This document shows, one piece after another, positions 22,949 to 35,760 of a stretch of DNA of 49,385 bases. Positions within the stretch are counted from its first letter, which is position 1, and every line of letters begins with the position of its first letter. The notes under the pieces are model-generated. The model saw nothing but the letters and a program-made list of their open reading frames with translations. It made no database searches and was not told where the DNA came from. Source of the DNA: Catajapyx aquilonaris (lineage: Eukaryota); NCBI GenBank assembly GCA_000934665.2, contig KZ538758.1, positions 1-49,385 of the forward strand, given 5' to 3'. Made by a program: the position numbers and the translations under genes.

Positions 22949-25900
22949 TCCACGGATGCGGACTGCATGGTAACACCTCATTTTATCTGACACATGGTCA
23001 CGGCTTCTTCATTCGATCGCCCCTTGCACGAAACCCCAAGTGGACAAAACAAAAACCAGGCATCCGGGCTTCCTCCTTGGAGGTGGCGTCTTGAGGAGGT
23101 CCAGGTCGATCGGTTCAATACCGGCAGTGTCACGGAAACTGCTTCATTTATCACGCCCAGTAAATTGAGGAAACGGTCTGTATATATACAGCAAGAGATT
23201 CGAAAGCTACGAGCCGCGGCTCCCTTTCCGAAGCCATAAAACTGGTAGTCATTACCCGCTTATTACGGCCCCCCTTATAGCCTTCCATTGTGAGGCACGA
23301 TGACAGCCAAATAAACACCCTTTTAAACGCGCATAGAACGAATCTTGGAGGGGGCAGGCTCAAATTACAGTTGTTTGCTGGATAGGAAACCCACAATTTC
23401 TTGATGAGCGAACACATAGGCCAACATCCGGCGGCCATTGGCTGCTGCTGCCTTTGTTGGTGGAAAATTCGCCTGGCATCTCTGCAACTTGCCCGGTTTC
23501 ATATCCACTGAGGGCCAGCCTTTCTGCCTGGAATAACCTTCATGCCAGGCACGTTCCACTGTTTGCTCACACAGAATGACTTAACCTGGCACAAAAACTC
23601 GAGGAGTCGGAGCTACTCTACCGTGTGACGTACAGCACAACACAACACGCCGAGGTCCATGTACTGTACAATGTTACCAATGGTCTGTGCCCAATTGGAG
23701 CCCAAGTATGGAGATTTTGGTCTATTTTCGTGTCAGGAGCATTCGTTTCGGGGTGTTCTGTTTCGTCACACTCGGGCTTTGCTCAAGAATAGAAACTGAA
23801 CAAAACCGCAATGCATTTCCAACCCAAATTATACTCGCTGCAAGAGGTACATTTTAATGTGTGTGTTGCCAGAGTGCAAACTTATGTCGCCATGGGTTAT
23901 GGAAAAAACCGAGTATCAACAGCGTTATATAATAATTCACAGCAGGGTTTACCACATGCTCGTCATTTAAATATTGCACAGGTTACAACACCCCCCCCCC
24001 CCCAATGTGATTCCACTTATATCACTGTTTTACAAATTGTAGCATGTAGGCCCAGTACATAATTTTCCACTCACAAAAATGCGTTCATATTTTAACAGAG
24101 CTTTGCTTGTAGCTTACCCTCGCGAAGCACTACTTTAAATTGCAAAACAGTGAACTGCTGTCGCCACCACACACGGCTCACATGCACACTGTGCGGCAGA
24201 ACCCACACCGACAGCCATATTTGGGCACAAATTGGGCACAATTGTCAGAATGGGTGCGGCTGGCCACACGAACCTCTCAATCTACACAGACGACTAAGCG
24301 TTGTTTGAAGGAACGCACGCTTCATAAATAAGTCATTTATTCTCATGTTTTTTGTGACTTTTTGTTGAGCTGGTACTCTCCAAGTGGCAGCGCAGTATGC
24401 ATTATTGTTCCACTTTCCTCCGTAATTATAATCATTAGCCTTATTAGACTTCAAAAGCTACGCCCAGTCTTGTATGGCTGCGCTTTTAGAATTAGCTTTT
24501 ATTATGCACTAAAAACATGTATAAACCTCCCTGTCTGCACTATTTATTATTCAGCCTGTACTTTCACATTTAGCCTTTACACGGATTTGATAGCCGTCGT
24601 TAAAAGCGCCCCACCTATGAAAACTTCAATTTACGACTTGATCACTCGTGTAATATAAATCCCGCGCTGCCAGCCATGCCAATAACGGCGCCGCAGATGC
24701 CGCACCGCCCCGTGCGTGCCCGCCCGTCAGCGCATGAATCCCTCTATCGGGCAACCAAGGAATGAATCAGTCCAATCAGAAAGAGAGAATAATTCAAATA
24801 ATTGCTTCTTATTGGATGAAAACATTTTCAGTCTCCAGATGGAAACGCAATGCACCACTTGAATGCGCTGGACGGTGGGGGGACATTATAGGACACCTCC
24901 TGTTTCTTATCCGCGCTTTGACACCGAAAGCCGACTTCTTTGGCTCGTTAAAATTTCACAGCATCACCCTCGCTGGCCACTTGGCTTTTGTAATCGGACA
25001 CCCACCGGATGCTTGTCTCAGGCCGGTAACGTTGTAACTACACACTGTACGCGCGTTGGGAAGGGGGGTTCTTTTCGATGTTTTTTGAAGGGCAATCACG
25101 TGACCGGGACAACCGTTGGTGTTCGGGTCGACGTGGACGGCGTGCTTCAAAATGTAACCGAATCGCACTTAGCTGGGATGTATAGCGTTGTCCAGGCACG
25201 GTCTGAGGGAGCCCAAAAACCGTATTTACATAGTACGAGGCTGATTTTTTAACACCTCCTGCAGGTTGTATATCAAGGGAAATTAGCTGAAATATTATCC
25301 AAGGTTGGAGAATTTATCCATATTTTGGTGCAGAACATCAGCCAAAATTAGGCGCAACATTCATTTGCTCGCCCACGATTGTCTCCCTCGTATACCATCA
25401 CGTAGTGTAAAAGAACGTGCATTGTTGGCTCAAAAAATGTGCGAAATCAGCTATGCTAATTGCCATATTTAGAGAGATCGTGACAATTTTCCAGCTACAA
25501 TTCTACTCTAGCATAAAAAGTGCCCCCCCCCCCCTTGAATGAAGCCAACAATCAGGAACAAAAAATCCTGAAAAAGACTTTAATGAGAGCCCACCCATNN
25601 NNNNNNNNNNNNNNNNNNNNNNNNNNNNNNNNNNNNNNNNNNNNNNNNNNNNNNCCCCCCCCCCCCTATACATATACCTTATGCGAGAAAACGTAAAATT
25701 TGTATCTCTATTAAAAGTGATAAATTGGTCTTGCCCAAGTGCAAGACGCGCCTCGTAAATTGGAATTTATTTCTGTATATGCCCTTCCTCTTGACTCGTA
25801 TTAACTGAGGGCTTCCGCGGCTGCGGGAATGAAAATGTCTTGAACTCTGCAGATATTTTTAACAACCTGGCGCTATTTTTACGGGTACACAAGTGGGGCA

Positions 25901-26401
25901 ATTTGGTAAGAGATGTGGGCGCTAGTTCATGGAAAAGTAAACAGTCGCGGCCAGCCTCGGTAAGACAACTCTTGGTATAAGGGACATTAATCTTGGCTCC
26001 CATACCCTGCGTCTTTTGTTCAAAAAAAAAAGAAAAGAAAAGAAAGAAAGAAGGATCCATATTTTTGGAATGAGAGGACCAGCATTATTCCGCGTCTCGT
26101 ACATAGAACTGCCTTTGTGCAATGATTTATGCGCTTCCCTATTGTCCATTGACACGACATACGAGGGTTTTGCCATGTGCACCACGCATGAAATCGCACT
26201 CGTATCAATCAATCACACGGCCACCGTGGACGTTTCTAGTGCACGTGTGATTAATGTCCATCGGCCCACTTACAAGGTGTGGGACTCTACACTGTTCCTA
26301 TCAATGTCCCACTTTTCTTAATAATTATATCGCACTTGATACTAAATCATAAATCATGACCTGACTCCAAGGATAGATATGACCATGGCAATATATACGT
26401 A

Positions 26402-26633
26402 CATTGGAAAAACAGAAATTTTTGGTTAAAATAACCAAACCTATAGAAATTAAGTTATTTCAACCACATTTTGGTTATGTTGAACATTTTTATTTTGGTT
26501 GACAGATACGCCATTATTTCAACCAAATATTGAACCATACCAAACGTATTTGGTTACTTCAACCATTGGCCTTCCTAATTGGTTGAATAAAAAATCATTT
26601 TGGTTTGTTCAACTAAATAATTTTTTTCAAGTG
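26402..26633. mobile_element. TA-flanked MITE with internal TTGGTT/AACCAA repeats; a related partial copy lies at about 33350-33560
   Basis: Short imperfect TIR CATTGGAAAAA / TTTTTCAAGTG and many internal (C)AACCA motifs in both orientations. Confidence 0.5.
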
Positions 26634-29600
26634 TATATACATATAGGAACAATTCCGATTCCTCTCGAGTAAAGTGAGCTGATTTCATATTCGAGCTCCG
26701 GCAGATGCCAATTAAAGTGGCTGATGTCATAACCAATTGCGTCAGCTCTAGAGCCATCCATCAAGTGATTAGTCTCGCGTAATTACCGCAACAAGAATAA
26801 CAGCGAATGTGTGCGGGCCGTCGAAGATTCGCTTCGGAGTTCCTTTCGACATTGGCATTGGAGGTGACAAAAAGTCAGTGGTCCTTGGCATATCTTTGGG
26901 AAAGGGGGACCCCCCAAAAGAAAATATTGCGTCACGTTTCTGCGCCCACGTGGCGGCCATAACCCTATAAAGGTCTCGTGTGCTAGCCACAGGGCGCGCC
27001 CAGCAACGTTTGGTCGCGATTCTGTGTGATCGGAGTCATCTTGTATTCAGCAGCCTTCAAGCTCTTAGCAAGTTAGACAACAAAGGCGGCTGCCACAATC
27101 CGACCTTTTATTACCGGTAAAGTCAGTCTCAATGGCTATCGACTCAGCATGACTTGACTCAGGTACAGGCTACCAAATAGCAGTTATTTGTGAGTGCGTC
27201 AAGAACCGGACAGGAATGACAAATTGTTTAGAATGCATTTGGCGCCGGAGAAAATATTGACTATGCTAATACCCCATGTCCATGCAATGTTGGAAATTGC
27301 TGGCAACCGTCATTTAGTAGCTGCATCCAGATTTGCATTTGGGCCGTATAACTGCGTTTCATGCTACAAAACACTTGTTTTACAGCGCTGATTTGCAACA
27401 ATAATAAAAACCCCAAAAAACCACTGGGGGAATAACAGGCCTGGCAGCCAGCTTTCTCATAACCTTTTGCAGCGGTTCACTTCTGATTATGAAGTGTAAA
27501 ACTGAATAAATATAACTGTCAAGGCTAGAACACGGGACCGCTTTGTATTCTCCAATCCTATATAGCCCTTCCCCCCCGTCCCCAAATGACCTCCATGAAG
27601 CGCACAAGCTGGGGGTCCGGTATAACACAGCTACATCACAACGTGCGTTATGGCTGCCAGCCTGTTGGACGATAAATTATTTCCAAAAGAAGTCAGGTCA
27701 CCAAAAAACAACAACTAGCCGCATGAACATGTGGCACACCGATAAACAAAGTCCGAAACGACGGTCCAGCACCAGGTGATAAAACATCGAGGATCGGTTT
27801 GACGCGATCACAACATGAGACCACGTAATGCTTCGCATACATCTTTTTTCATTGTGTCATTAAACTGTAAATCGTCCGGTGTGGTCACCAAACTTGGACG
27901 TGGAATGTAATCGAATGCGGCTTTCACTTCCGGATAACGTGACGAGAACTGCCGCGTTCATCAAAGCCCATCCCCCCAGCGATGATACTGCATACTACTT
28001 CAGTGCAGATAGACTCGAAATCCCTGGCCAGATACAGAGGAGTCTATTGTTCGGGAGTTATGGCAGCACTGGTTACATCGGGGGGCTATACGAGCCAGAT
28101 TCATAATAATGGCCCAGTGGTCAGGTCGCTATCCTGATATATACCGCTGTAGAGATGGGTTTAAGCCCACGGGCTACTCATGGCCTATTTTATGATGCGC
28201 TGTCAGGCTTGGGGCAATTTTGGCCACTCCATTAAATACGGGGAAGAGGGACGGCATCCCAAAAATATACTACGCGAAATTACATCTTCGGTTTGTGGCA
28301 TGTCACAATTTCACTACTGTATGCAGGTATGCCAAGTTCATCGAGTTCGGACACTGCATGGCAACAAAAGTTCAAACTAATATATTACAGTAATATGTAC
28401 ATTTGAGAGTGTGTACCCCCTTGGCGCAATATGTCACTCAAATGAATTACACTGCATGCAGTTACGTGGTCAGGTGTTATGATCTCATCGGGGTACAGGA
28501 ACCACAGTGGGTAGTAACCACATTATTATCACAAGCAACTTCCAGACAGCGCCTGATTAATAGCTTCAATTATGTGGGAAGTTTTTTAGCGCTCGCTGGC
28601 GATGTTTACAAACGTCAGCCCGACATATTTTACGTATTTAAAAATATATACGTATATATGAACACTCCATTCTTTCTCTCCCCCATTTCTCTCATACAGC
28701 GCAGGGTCATATTGCCCTGTACAGTATTATACTGATCGAAAAATTAGGTCGGAATAGCTAATAAATGCTAGTGTGTGACATCAGACTTCAGAATGCATCC
28801 AGTTGGTATCAACAAGCAGCACCGGCCTGAGGCTCTTATCCATTCGGAGCACGCCTGTCGAGCTTTTTGCCAATTACAATCGCCCTGCGTGAACACAATC
28901 TCAACCCTCCCAGACGCGGATTGAGTCGTCCTGCGCGCTTCATCAAATTCCCTTCCGATAAAAATCACTTTCATTTTCAGGCCCCAGCAGCAGCTCCCGT
29001 GCGCTCCGAGAGCTTCTACCAATATTATTTTGCCGTGGACCACCCCTTACCCCCTCAGGCCGCCATTTTTTTCCGTTATATAGAGGCTCTTGGCTTCGAG
29101 GGATGGGCTTTTTTACACGCAGAAGTTGTCTTTCAGGGCGTTTCCTGGTCACTCCCAGTCATCGATGGCTTCTGGTTAGGACTGTGCGATGACTGATTTA
29201 CATATCGATATTGCATTAATATTGACAAAATATCGCGAATATCGGATTTCAAAATATCAGAATCGTCGCATTCTAAGGGGGAAAATAATATCGAAATATT
29301 TAGTAGTTCCAGCTGATAAGCGTGACTCGTGGCGGCGCTTTCAATTGGGCCAGATTCTTGCCTAATGCCAATCAGCTGTATCTGGCTGATATATGTGACC
29401 TCGGCTTATTTTCCGAGAGGGTGGTGCTAATAAGGGATTGTCGGCACACTTTCCGCTTTCGAGGCTTTCAATTAATATTAATTCGTGGGGAGCAAAAAAT
29501 ACATAAAAAAGTGTAACTGCGAACTTTGGCCTGTGCGGTTATCTATTGTCTGCGCGTTGGCATGACATGGAGCGATATTTTCCCTTTGATCATCGATGCC

Positions 29601-30636
29601 CTCCGAACCAGTGGTTGCAAATAAATCCGGCTGCGGTGGTGAAATTGAAAATCAACCGACGGCATTGCATAATATTGTTTTGTGCCAATATATGTGAACG
29701 TCTGGCAAACTTCATTTCGCTAATATAATCTGCGATTCACAACCAAGCAAACAGTGGCTACAACAATCTGAACTAATCCCCTCCGGCCTTGCCCTTCGTC
29801 ACGTTCAATGCGATAAATATTCGGACACTATTGGTGTTGATTATTGTGAGTCTTCAGGCAATTTTTGCCAACTTGTGCAGTCTGCTCTCGAAAAGAGTCG
29901 AAAATCTAGCCAATATTGGCCCCAGGCAAGCGACTCTGCGCCATAATGTTTCGTCGGCTGGTTCTTGACGAAGTTTACTTCAAGATGGGCAAAAAAAAAA
30001 AATCACCACACAGGACCTTTCACTGGACAAGTTGAATCGTCCTTCTTTATAACAGTTATATCGCATGCAAAAGCAGCCAGAACTTGAGTCAGAAAAAAAG
30101 TTACACTATATCATGGTGGTTGAGGTCGCAGCAGGAGGGACCATTATTATCCAAGACCAAGACTGCACGTGGGTTTCATTGTCTTGGTGTGGTATGTGTG
30201 TGTGACGGGTGGGGGTTCTTCCCTAGACCATGTCAAATGGTGCTTTATGGGCACCCGTTTCCTTTTATCCTTTACGACCATCTGCAAGAGGTTCCCAACT
30301 GTTGCCCTCGACAATCCACTGCCCCCAGTGGCCAGCCAAGCTTTAGGGGAATGATGGCAGCACATGAGTCATTATGCAAGCGCCCCACCCCTCCGGCACG
30401 GCTTGGTACATGTCACACTGTTATGACATTGATGAAGGTTTATTAGATGGAATCAGGCACGGATTGGCGGAATCAACCATCAAGGCGGATGACGTCCTAC
30501 GTGTTGCGTCGCTAAAAATCTGCATTGCTGATAATGTGGTGGCCGAGAGATGGCGAGGGCTTTATACCCATTTTGATACCCATTTCTACAGGAGTGACTC
30601 AGGCCTGCGACGAACAGCCGGCTGCGACGCCCAAGG

Positions 30637-30660
30637 ACTTACCTGCAAAGAAAAGCAATC
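30637..30660 (-). other. Candidate recursive splice site (ratchet point), junction 30643|30642
   Basis: Minus strand reads gattgcttttctttgcag|gtaagt: a polypyrimidine tract plus CAG directly abutting a perfect GTAAGT donor, in sense orientation near the middle of the 23.9-kb intron. Confidence 0.6.
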
Positions 30661-33600
30661 TGTTTTTAGACGCGTACTGACGCTTCCCCCCGAAAAATGG
30701 TTCCTGTCATATTTCAAATTTGGGGGCGATTTTGCGACAGCCCCTCAAGCACTGGCTGCCGTGCTGACACACGGCTGATAAGCGATTTATTGGCCTTCCC
30801 CCACCCCTCCCTCGCCCCAGTCATCCTCTACTCCTTTGTTTAATATATAACCGCCAATAGCTTTTGCCACAAAGTTCCATTGTAATCTTCAAACGGTCAG
30901 GCCTCTCACTGCAATGAGTCGTTTTGTTGGGCTGAAACGAGCACGTCGCGACTCGTAACCCGCGAACATGAACATTTTGGAAGATCTAGTTTTATTATGC
31001 CCGAGCCTCGTTACGATTATTATTGCGGCTGCGTCAGGTGATTACCGTGAAACAGTGCTGGGAGACTGCAAAAAAAAATTATATCAAAATGGGGGCAGTT
31101 CTTTTAGCCAGGACACCTGAACAGAGCCTGTAATGATGTGTACACCTTGTGATAGATGACCTCTGACTCAACTGGATCACGCAGTGTCATATGGTTCACA
31201 CTAGTAAAACCCGGTTGCAACAAAGTTAGTTATATTTTTTACGTTACCCCGTGATAGGGCCAAAGTTTGTTATTTTATTATCTCATTTTATATTTACAAT
31301 TTCACTATTAGTTTTTGTTATTGCACAATTTTATATTGTTAATAATCTCATTCTTTTGTGTTATTTTACTTTTTGTGTGTTTACATATTTGTTTAAATTT
31401 TAAAATTGTCACATAATTCTATTATTTTATTGACTTTAAAAGTTTAAATCGCACGCTCACGATTACTCGCGCAACCAAAGCCATCTACCGGCGAACACCA
31501 TCTACCATATCATTTTGATTACTATTATTCGCGATTGCGCGTGATTCTCCACACCGTACCATTTCGCGATTTCGTGATTACACGACAAGTGATCCTGAAC
31601 TGTATGCAACCGGGTAAGCCCGAGAAAGGTAAGTCCCAGCCGCGGATTACATCAAGAAAAGGGGATTTTGATAAAGAGGCGGGAAAGTAAACGTGGCCGT
31701 ATCCCGCCGGTATCTTCGAAACAAGGTAGGCCTGTAGTTACAACCAAGTCGGTGCGCATTCCCAGACGGGGGAAAAGGGAGTGAGAAAGAAATTCGCCTG
31801 CACTAAGATGGCTCCGGGCAATGGGCTTGGGCGAAAGAAGCCATTTCGAAAACATTTCCGTTGGCTCTGGGAATGGGATGCGGGACTGTAAAGGGGCTTA
31901 ATGCGCAGTTCCGCAGGTTAAAGCTGGTTACAGAATCCCTGAGGCAGACACACGAATGGAGGACCTTCCGAAATTCAACCAGCCGTAAAACTCACCCTTC
32001 CGACTCCTCTTCTATCACGGCACTCTAGTTTTCCAGCAACAAAGTCATCTATTTTTTTTCTTCTCAGGTTCCAACTATGCATCCTGATTATTCTCAACAA
32101 TCAGGCACGGTTATCATACTGGGATAAAAAAATAGCCGATTTTTCGCAAAATTTACTGATTACACGCCCATTTGATAAAGGCAGCCAACCTAATCTAAGG
32201 TTTCAAAGAGCTGCTTCCATTTGTGAGACTTTCTTTCAGCTGGCTCCACTGACAAATGGGTAGCCATTCACTCTAAGACCAGTAGAAAAAGGGCAAAAAA
32301 ATCCAGTAGCTTTAATGGAAACTCACCGATTCATAGTATATGGATACACTCTTGAGAAGTGTTCAGCAATGTTCATCAATAGAAAATAATCAGGTTATAA
32401 TCACGCTGGCTAATTTTAATTCAAATCGAATTTTACGCCCAGGCCTAACTCCCCGGTTCAACTTGATTTGGTCGGATGCCACCCCTTGCGTTTCTCGCTA
32501 AACCGAACCTAATAGGTAATGACACCAGATTGACGTTGATGACGCTACCTTTGACACGACGCGGATTTGCGCTCGAGGTGTGTTTCAAGTTAGGAATATA
32601 AAAAATGTTACAACTTGGAGGTCAATAGTCTGGCTTTGCACGTCAGCTGATAGCTATCATGACAACAACAAATAACAGGCCTCTTGATTCTTATCCGAAT
32701 AACACACAACATACACATGAGTCTAGTATACCCAAAGGGAAGAAAAAGGAATCCAGTCCGCCTCTCTCTCACGTCAGATCCGCCGCGATTCTTTCCTTGA
32801 CAGATACCCCTCCAGGCCACCACCCCACCCTAGTTTGAAACAGAGCTGGGAATCTTGCCAGATTCGCATCTTGGGTGGCAATGGACTCGGCGAAATAATC
32901 ACTCAATATGTACGGCAGGGAAAAGAAAATAGGAAGAAAACTCAAAAAAATACAAGAATAAGAAAAAAAATAGCGTTGGTTTTAGCGACCTGATGATTAA
33001 TTCATGATGAAACGGGCGGATGAAGTAAACAAGTTTCTCACATTGCTCCAGTGAATTCAAATCACTTCGAAATGTCCACCGGTTAGGTAAAGCGTATCCA
33101 TACTAATGAGGACGTAACTTGAATCGCCAATTTTATTTCATGCGCAATGGCTCAGGTGAGGAAAGCCCATAAATAACGTCATTGTTTTTGTTCCCAGATA
33201 TAAATCTCGCACCTTGATTGCTCCTATTATTTCAGTCCAATTATCCTATTACAGTCAGAGCTACTTGTAATACACGCCCCAGGCTGTTTTACAACCAGCA
33301 TTGTCGTGAAAAGTGCGCCGCATTGCCACAAAACTCTAAAAATGTTTAGGTAAATAAACCAAATAAAAGTTTTGTTGATGCAACCAACATTTTGGTTGCT
33401 GTGGTTAACGCAGTAGGTTGGGTTGAATAAATATTTTGTTGAAACAATCGTACCTGTCAACCAAAATATTTGGGTTAGTTCAACCAACTTAAATTTTGGA
33501 TGAAATAATATTTCTTTCAACCAAATAGTATTTAATTTGTTTTTTTTTTTTTTTTTCAGGGTCGAACATCAGTTCATATATCCAATTGCGCTAATACACT

Positions 33601-34373
33601 CTTTGTGTGCCACCATCTTGTATTTGCACTGTTCCACAAAATGGCACCTTTCGAATCCGGAAAACGCGCCTTGTTTTTCCCCTAGGGCTTGCCTATATAT
33701 GCCTATCTTTACGGCCTGCGCTCAGGTGAAAATGAGGGCTGTTGAGAAGCCCGGAAACATGAATAATAAAGAACGGTTTCATTGTGCGGCCGCTTCATTA
33801 CGCGATCTTGCGTCAACACACAAAAGCCCGCGGACGCTTTTCTCTCGGGGATATGTCGCGCCGGATTATACACTGTTATTGAGCTAACTGGCCCGGATTT
33901 TTTGTTATTTTTTAGAGCCCAGAAATTTTTTGGGGTCTGAATCTTCTTTCCGTATTCGCTTCAATTAGCTGGGACCAAAATCACGAGGCCAACACTTCCA
34001 ATTATGAAACACAATGGCGCTTTATCGCGCGCCTCACGTGTATGGTATGCCACGGGCATGGGGGGAAAAAACGGAGCAAATATTTATTCAAGTCTTAAGG
34101 ACCTTAAACTCGGAACTTTGCTTGCTTGATAAAATATTTTGCTGGTGAATGTCAAGAGGGTTTGTGCACACATTCTGTTGGCTGCCATGCGATTGTGCGT
34201 TCTTTGTTTGCTACTCCGAATTTGGCTAATTAAATTAACACATACTTGCCCATACCTGACGCCTACGCTATGTCACTGTACTGCAACAAATGTCAAACTT
34301 ATTTTTAGTCAGGATTTCCGTGGTATAGGCCTATCACCAGGTCGACTGGCAGTAGCTTCATGCAGAACCAATG

Positions 34374-34443
34374 TGCCTCCGCCGAGAATCGAACCCGGGT
34401 CCACGCTCTGAGAGCATGTGTTCTGCCACTGAACTACAAAGGC
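34374..34443 (-). pseudogene. Second related tRNA-like cloverleaf, anticodon loop TCTCAGA
   Basis: GCCTTTG TA GTTC AGTGGCA GAAC A CATGC TCTCAGA GCGTG GAC CCGGG TTCGATT CTCGG CGGAGGC A. Homologous to 19016-19086, with C33 and a 3-nt variable loop. Confidence 0.6.
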
Positions 34444-35510
34444 TGGAAGGTTCTCAATTTTTTTTTTTTTTACAACGTGCAGAGTGCACTGCGAGTCCAC
34501 ACGGTGAAGTTGCAACGGGCCCATTATTTACGAACAAGTTTCAAGGTCCAAGGTTGAGGCCTGGAGGCAGACGGGACGCCAGGAATCCCGGCAGGAACGG
34601 GTCATATCTAGGAGGACGTGCCACATACATTCAAATGCAACTCGAACAGGTATCGACTGGATGAGATTACGTTGCTGACATGTAGGCGTCGCCCACCGTG
34701 TGTGTGTGTTTTTTGCCGGTCATCCGTAAGGACTGGCTGTGAGTGTTTTAAAGTACCGGCTGTCACACAGCCCTCACTCTGGAGAGGATTTCAGACTCCA
34801 TAAACGGCTAGAGCTGCTCAAGTGGGCCCCCGAGTAAAACGTCTCGAACACGGTAGAAAAAAACGGGCCAAAAAATACGCGAATAAAACTATCAAGTAAC
34901 CAAGGACGGGCGGCGATGCGATAACCTCGACCCTTTGGAATTGAAGTGCCGAATCGGCCGACTGCCCCACTTATCTCGCTTTTATCTCATAATTGGGGTA
35001 TTGTACCGCGCCGGTCTAGGATACAAAAAAAAATAACGGAGGCAGATAAGTTGAATTTATTGCATCCCTGATTATATGCCTGGGCTTCCCTATCCTATGG
35101 AAGCATCCACGGTCGATACTATCACCGCGATGGGTTTCTGGGTGCTGACCACCTGCTGGGTCCGGAAGCCATTTCTCATCTGGGTATGGTGTTTCTCAAG
35201 GCGCTCACTCAAAATCAGGATTCGGCGCCTTCCTTTGGCATCGTTAGCCAAGAGTACTGCAACACTACCTGCTCAAAGAGGGCTTGGGATACAGTTTGGA
35301 GGCGCCATTCCAGTCCAATGGATCTGGAGGGAAACGTGCGGCCATGTTGTTCTGGAGGCAATATCCAGCCCAATGTCTGGTTCTAACCTGTCTGAATGAG
35401 GCAGTCTGAGTACGTCACACAGATTTTCGCCCTTTTCACCTCTACACCAAATACCACTCCTCATACTGTAATTTTTTACCCTATACAGACTTATTACATT
35501 TTAACATATA

Positions 35511-35760
35511 CATGGTGTTTCAAGTTCGTGGGGTCCAGGTGTGGTCTTTTAGTTATAGGAAATTTCGCTAAAAGCTGGCATTTTTTGTAGCTTGTTGTGC
35601 CCCGATTCAAGGGTGCCCTATTCAATATCCACTGCTACATTCGACCACCTGATAGTACGTACTGTACTGAGGCACCGGGATCGGGGCACATACTCTACAA
35701 AGAACTACTTCGAGCGACATTAGTGATAAATAAAACTACCCACGAACTTGGAACACCCTG
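35511..35760. mobile_element. Tc1/mariner-type MITE, 250 bp
   Basis: 22-bp TIRs CATGGTGTTTCAAGTTCGTGGG and CAGGGTGTTCCAAGTTCGTGGG (2 mismatches), TA on both sides. Confidence 0.85.

Noticed and set aside
24118..24260. Cys-rich minus-strand stretch (CRCGFCRTVC, EPC) before a GG|gtaagc donor-like site, considered as a decayed IGFBP exon
   Set aside because: Needs frameshifts, contains stops, lacks the CC and CGG motifs on careful reading, and TG-rich sequence yields Cys codons by chance.
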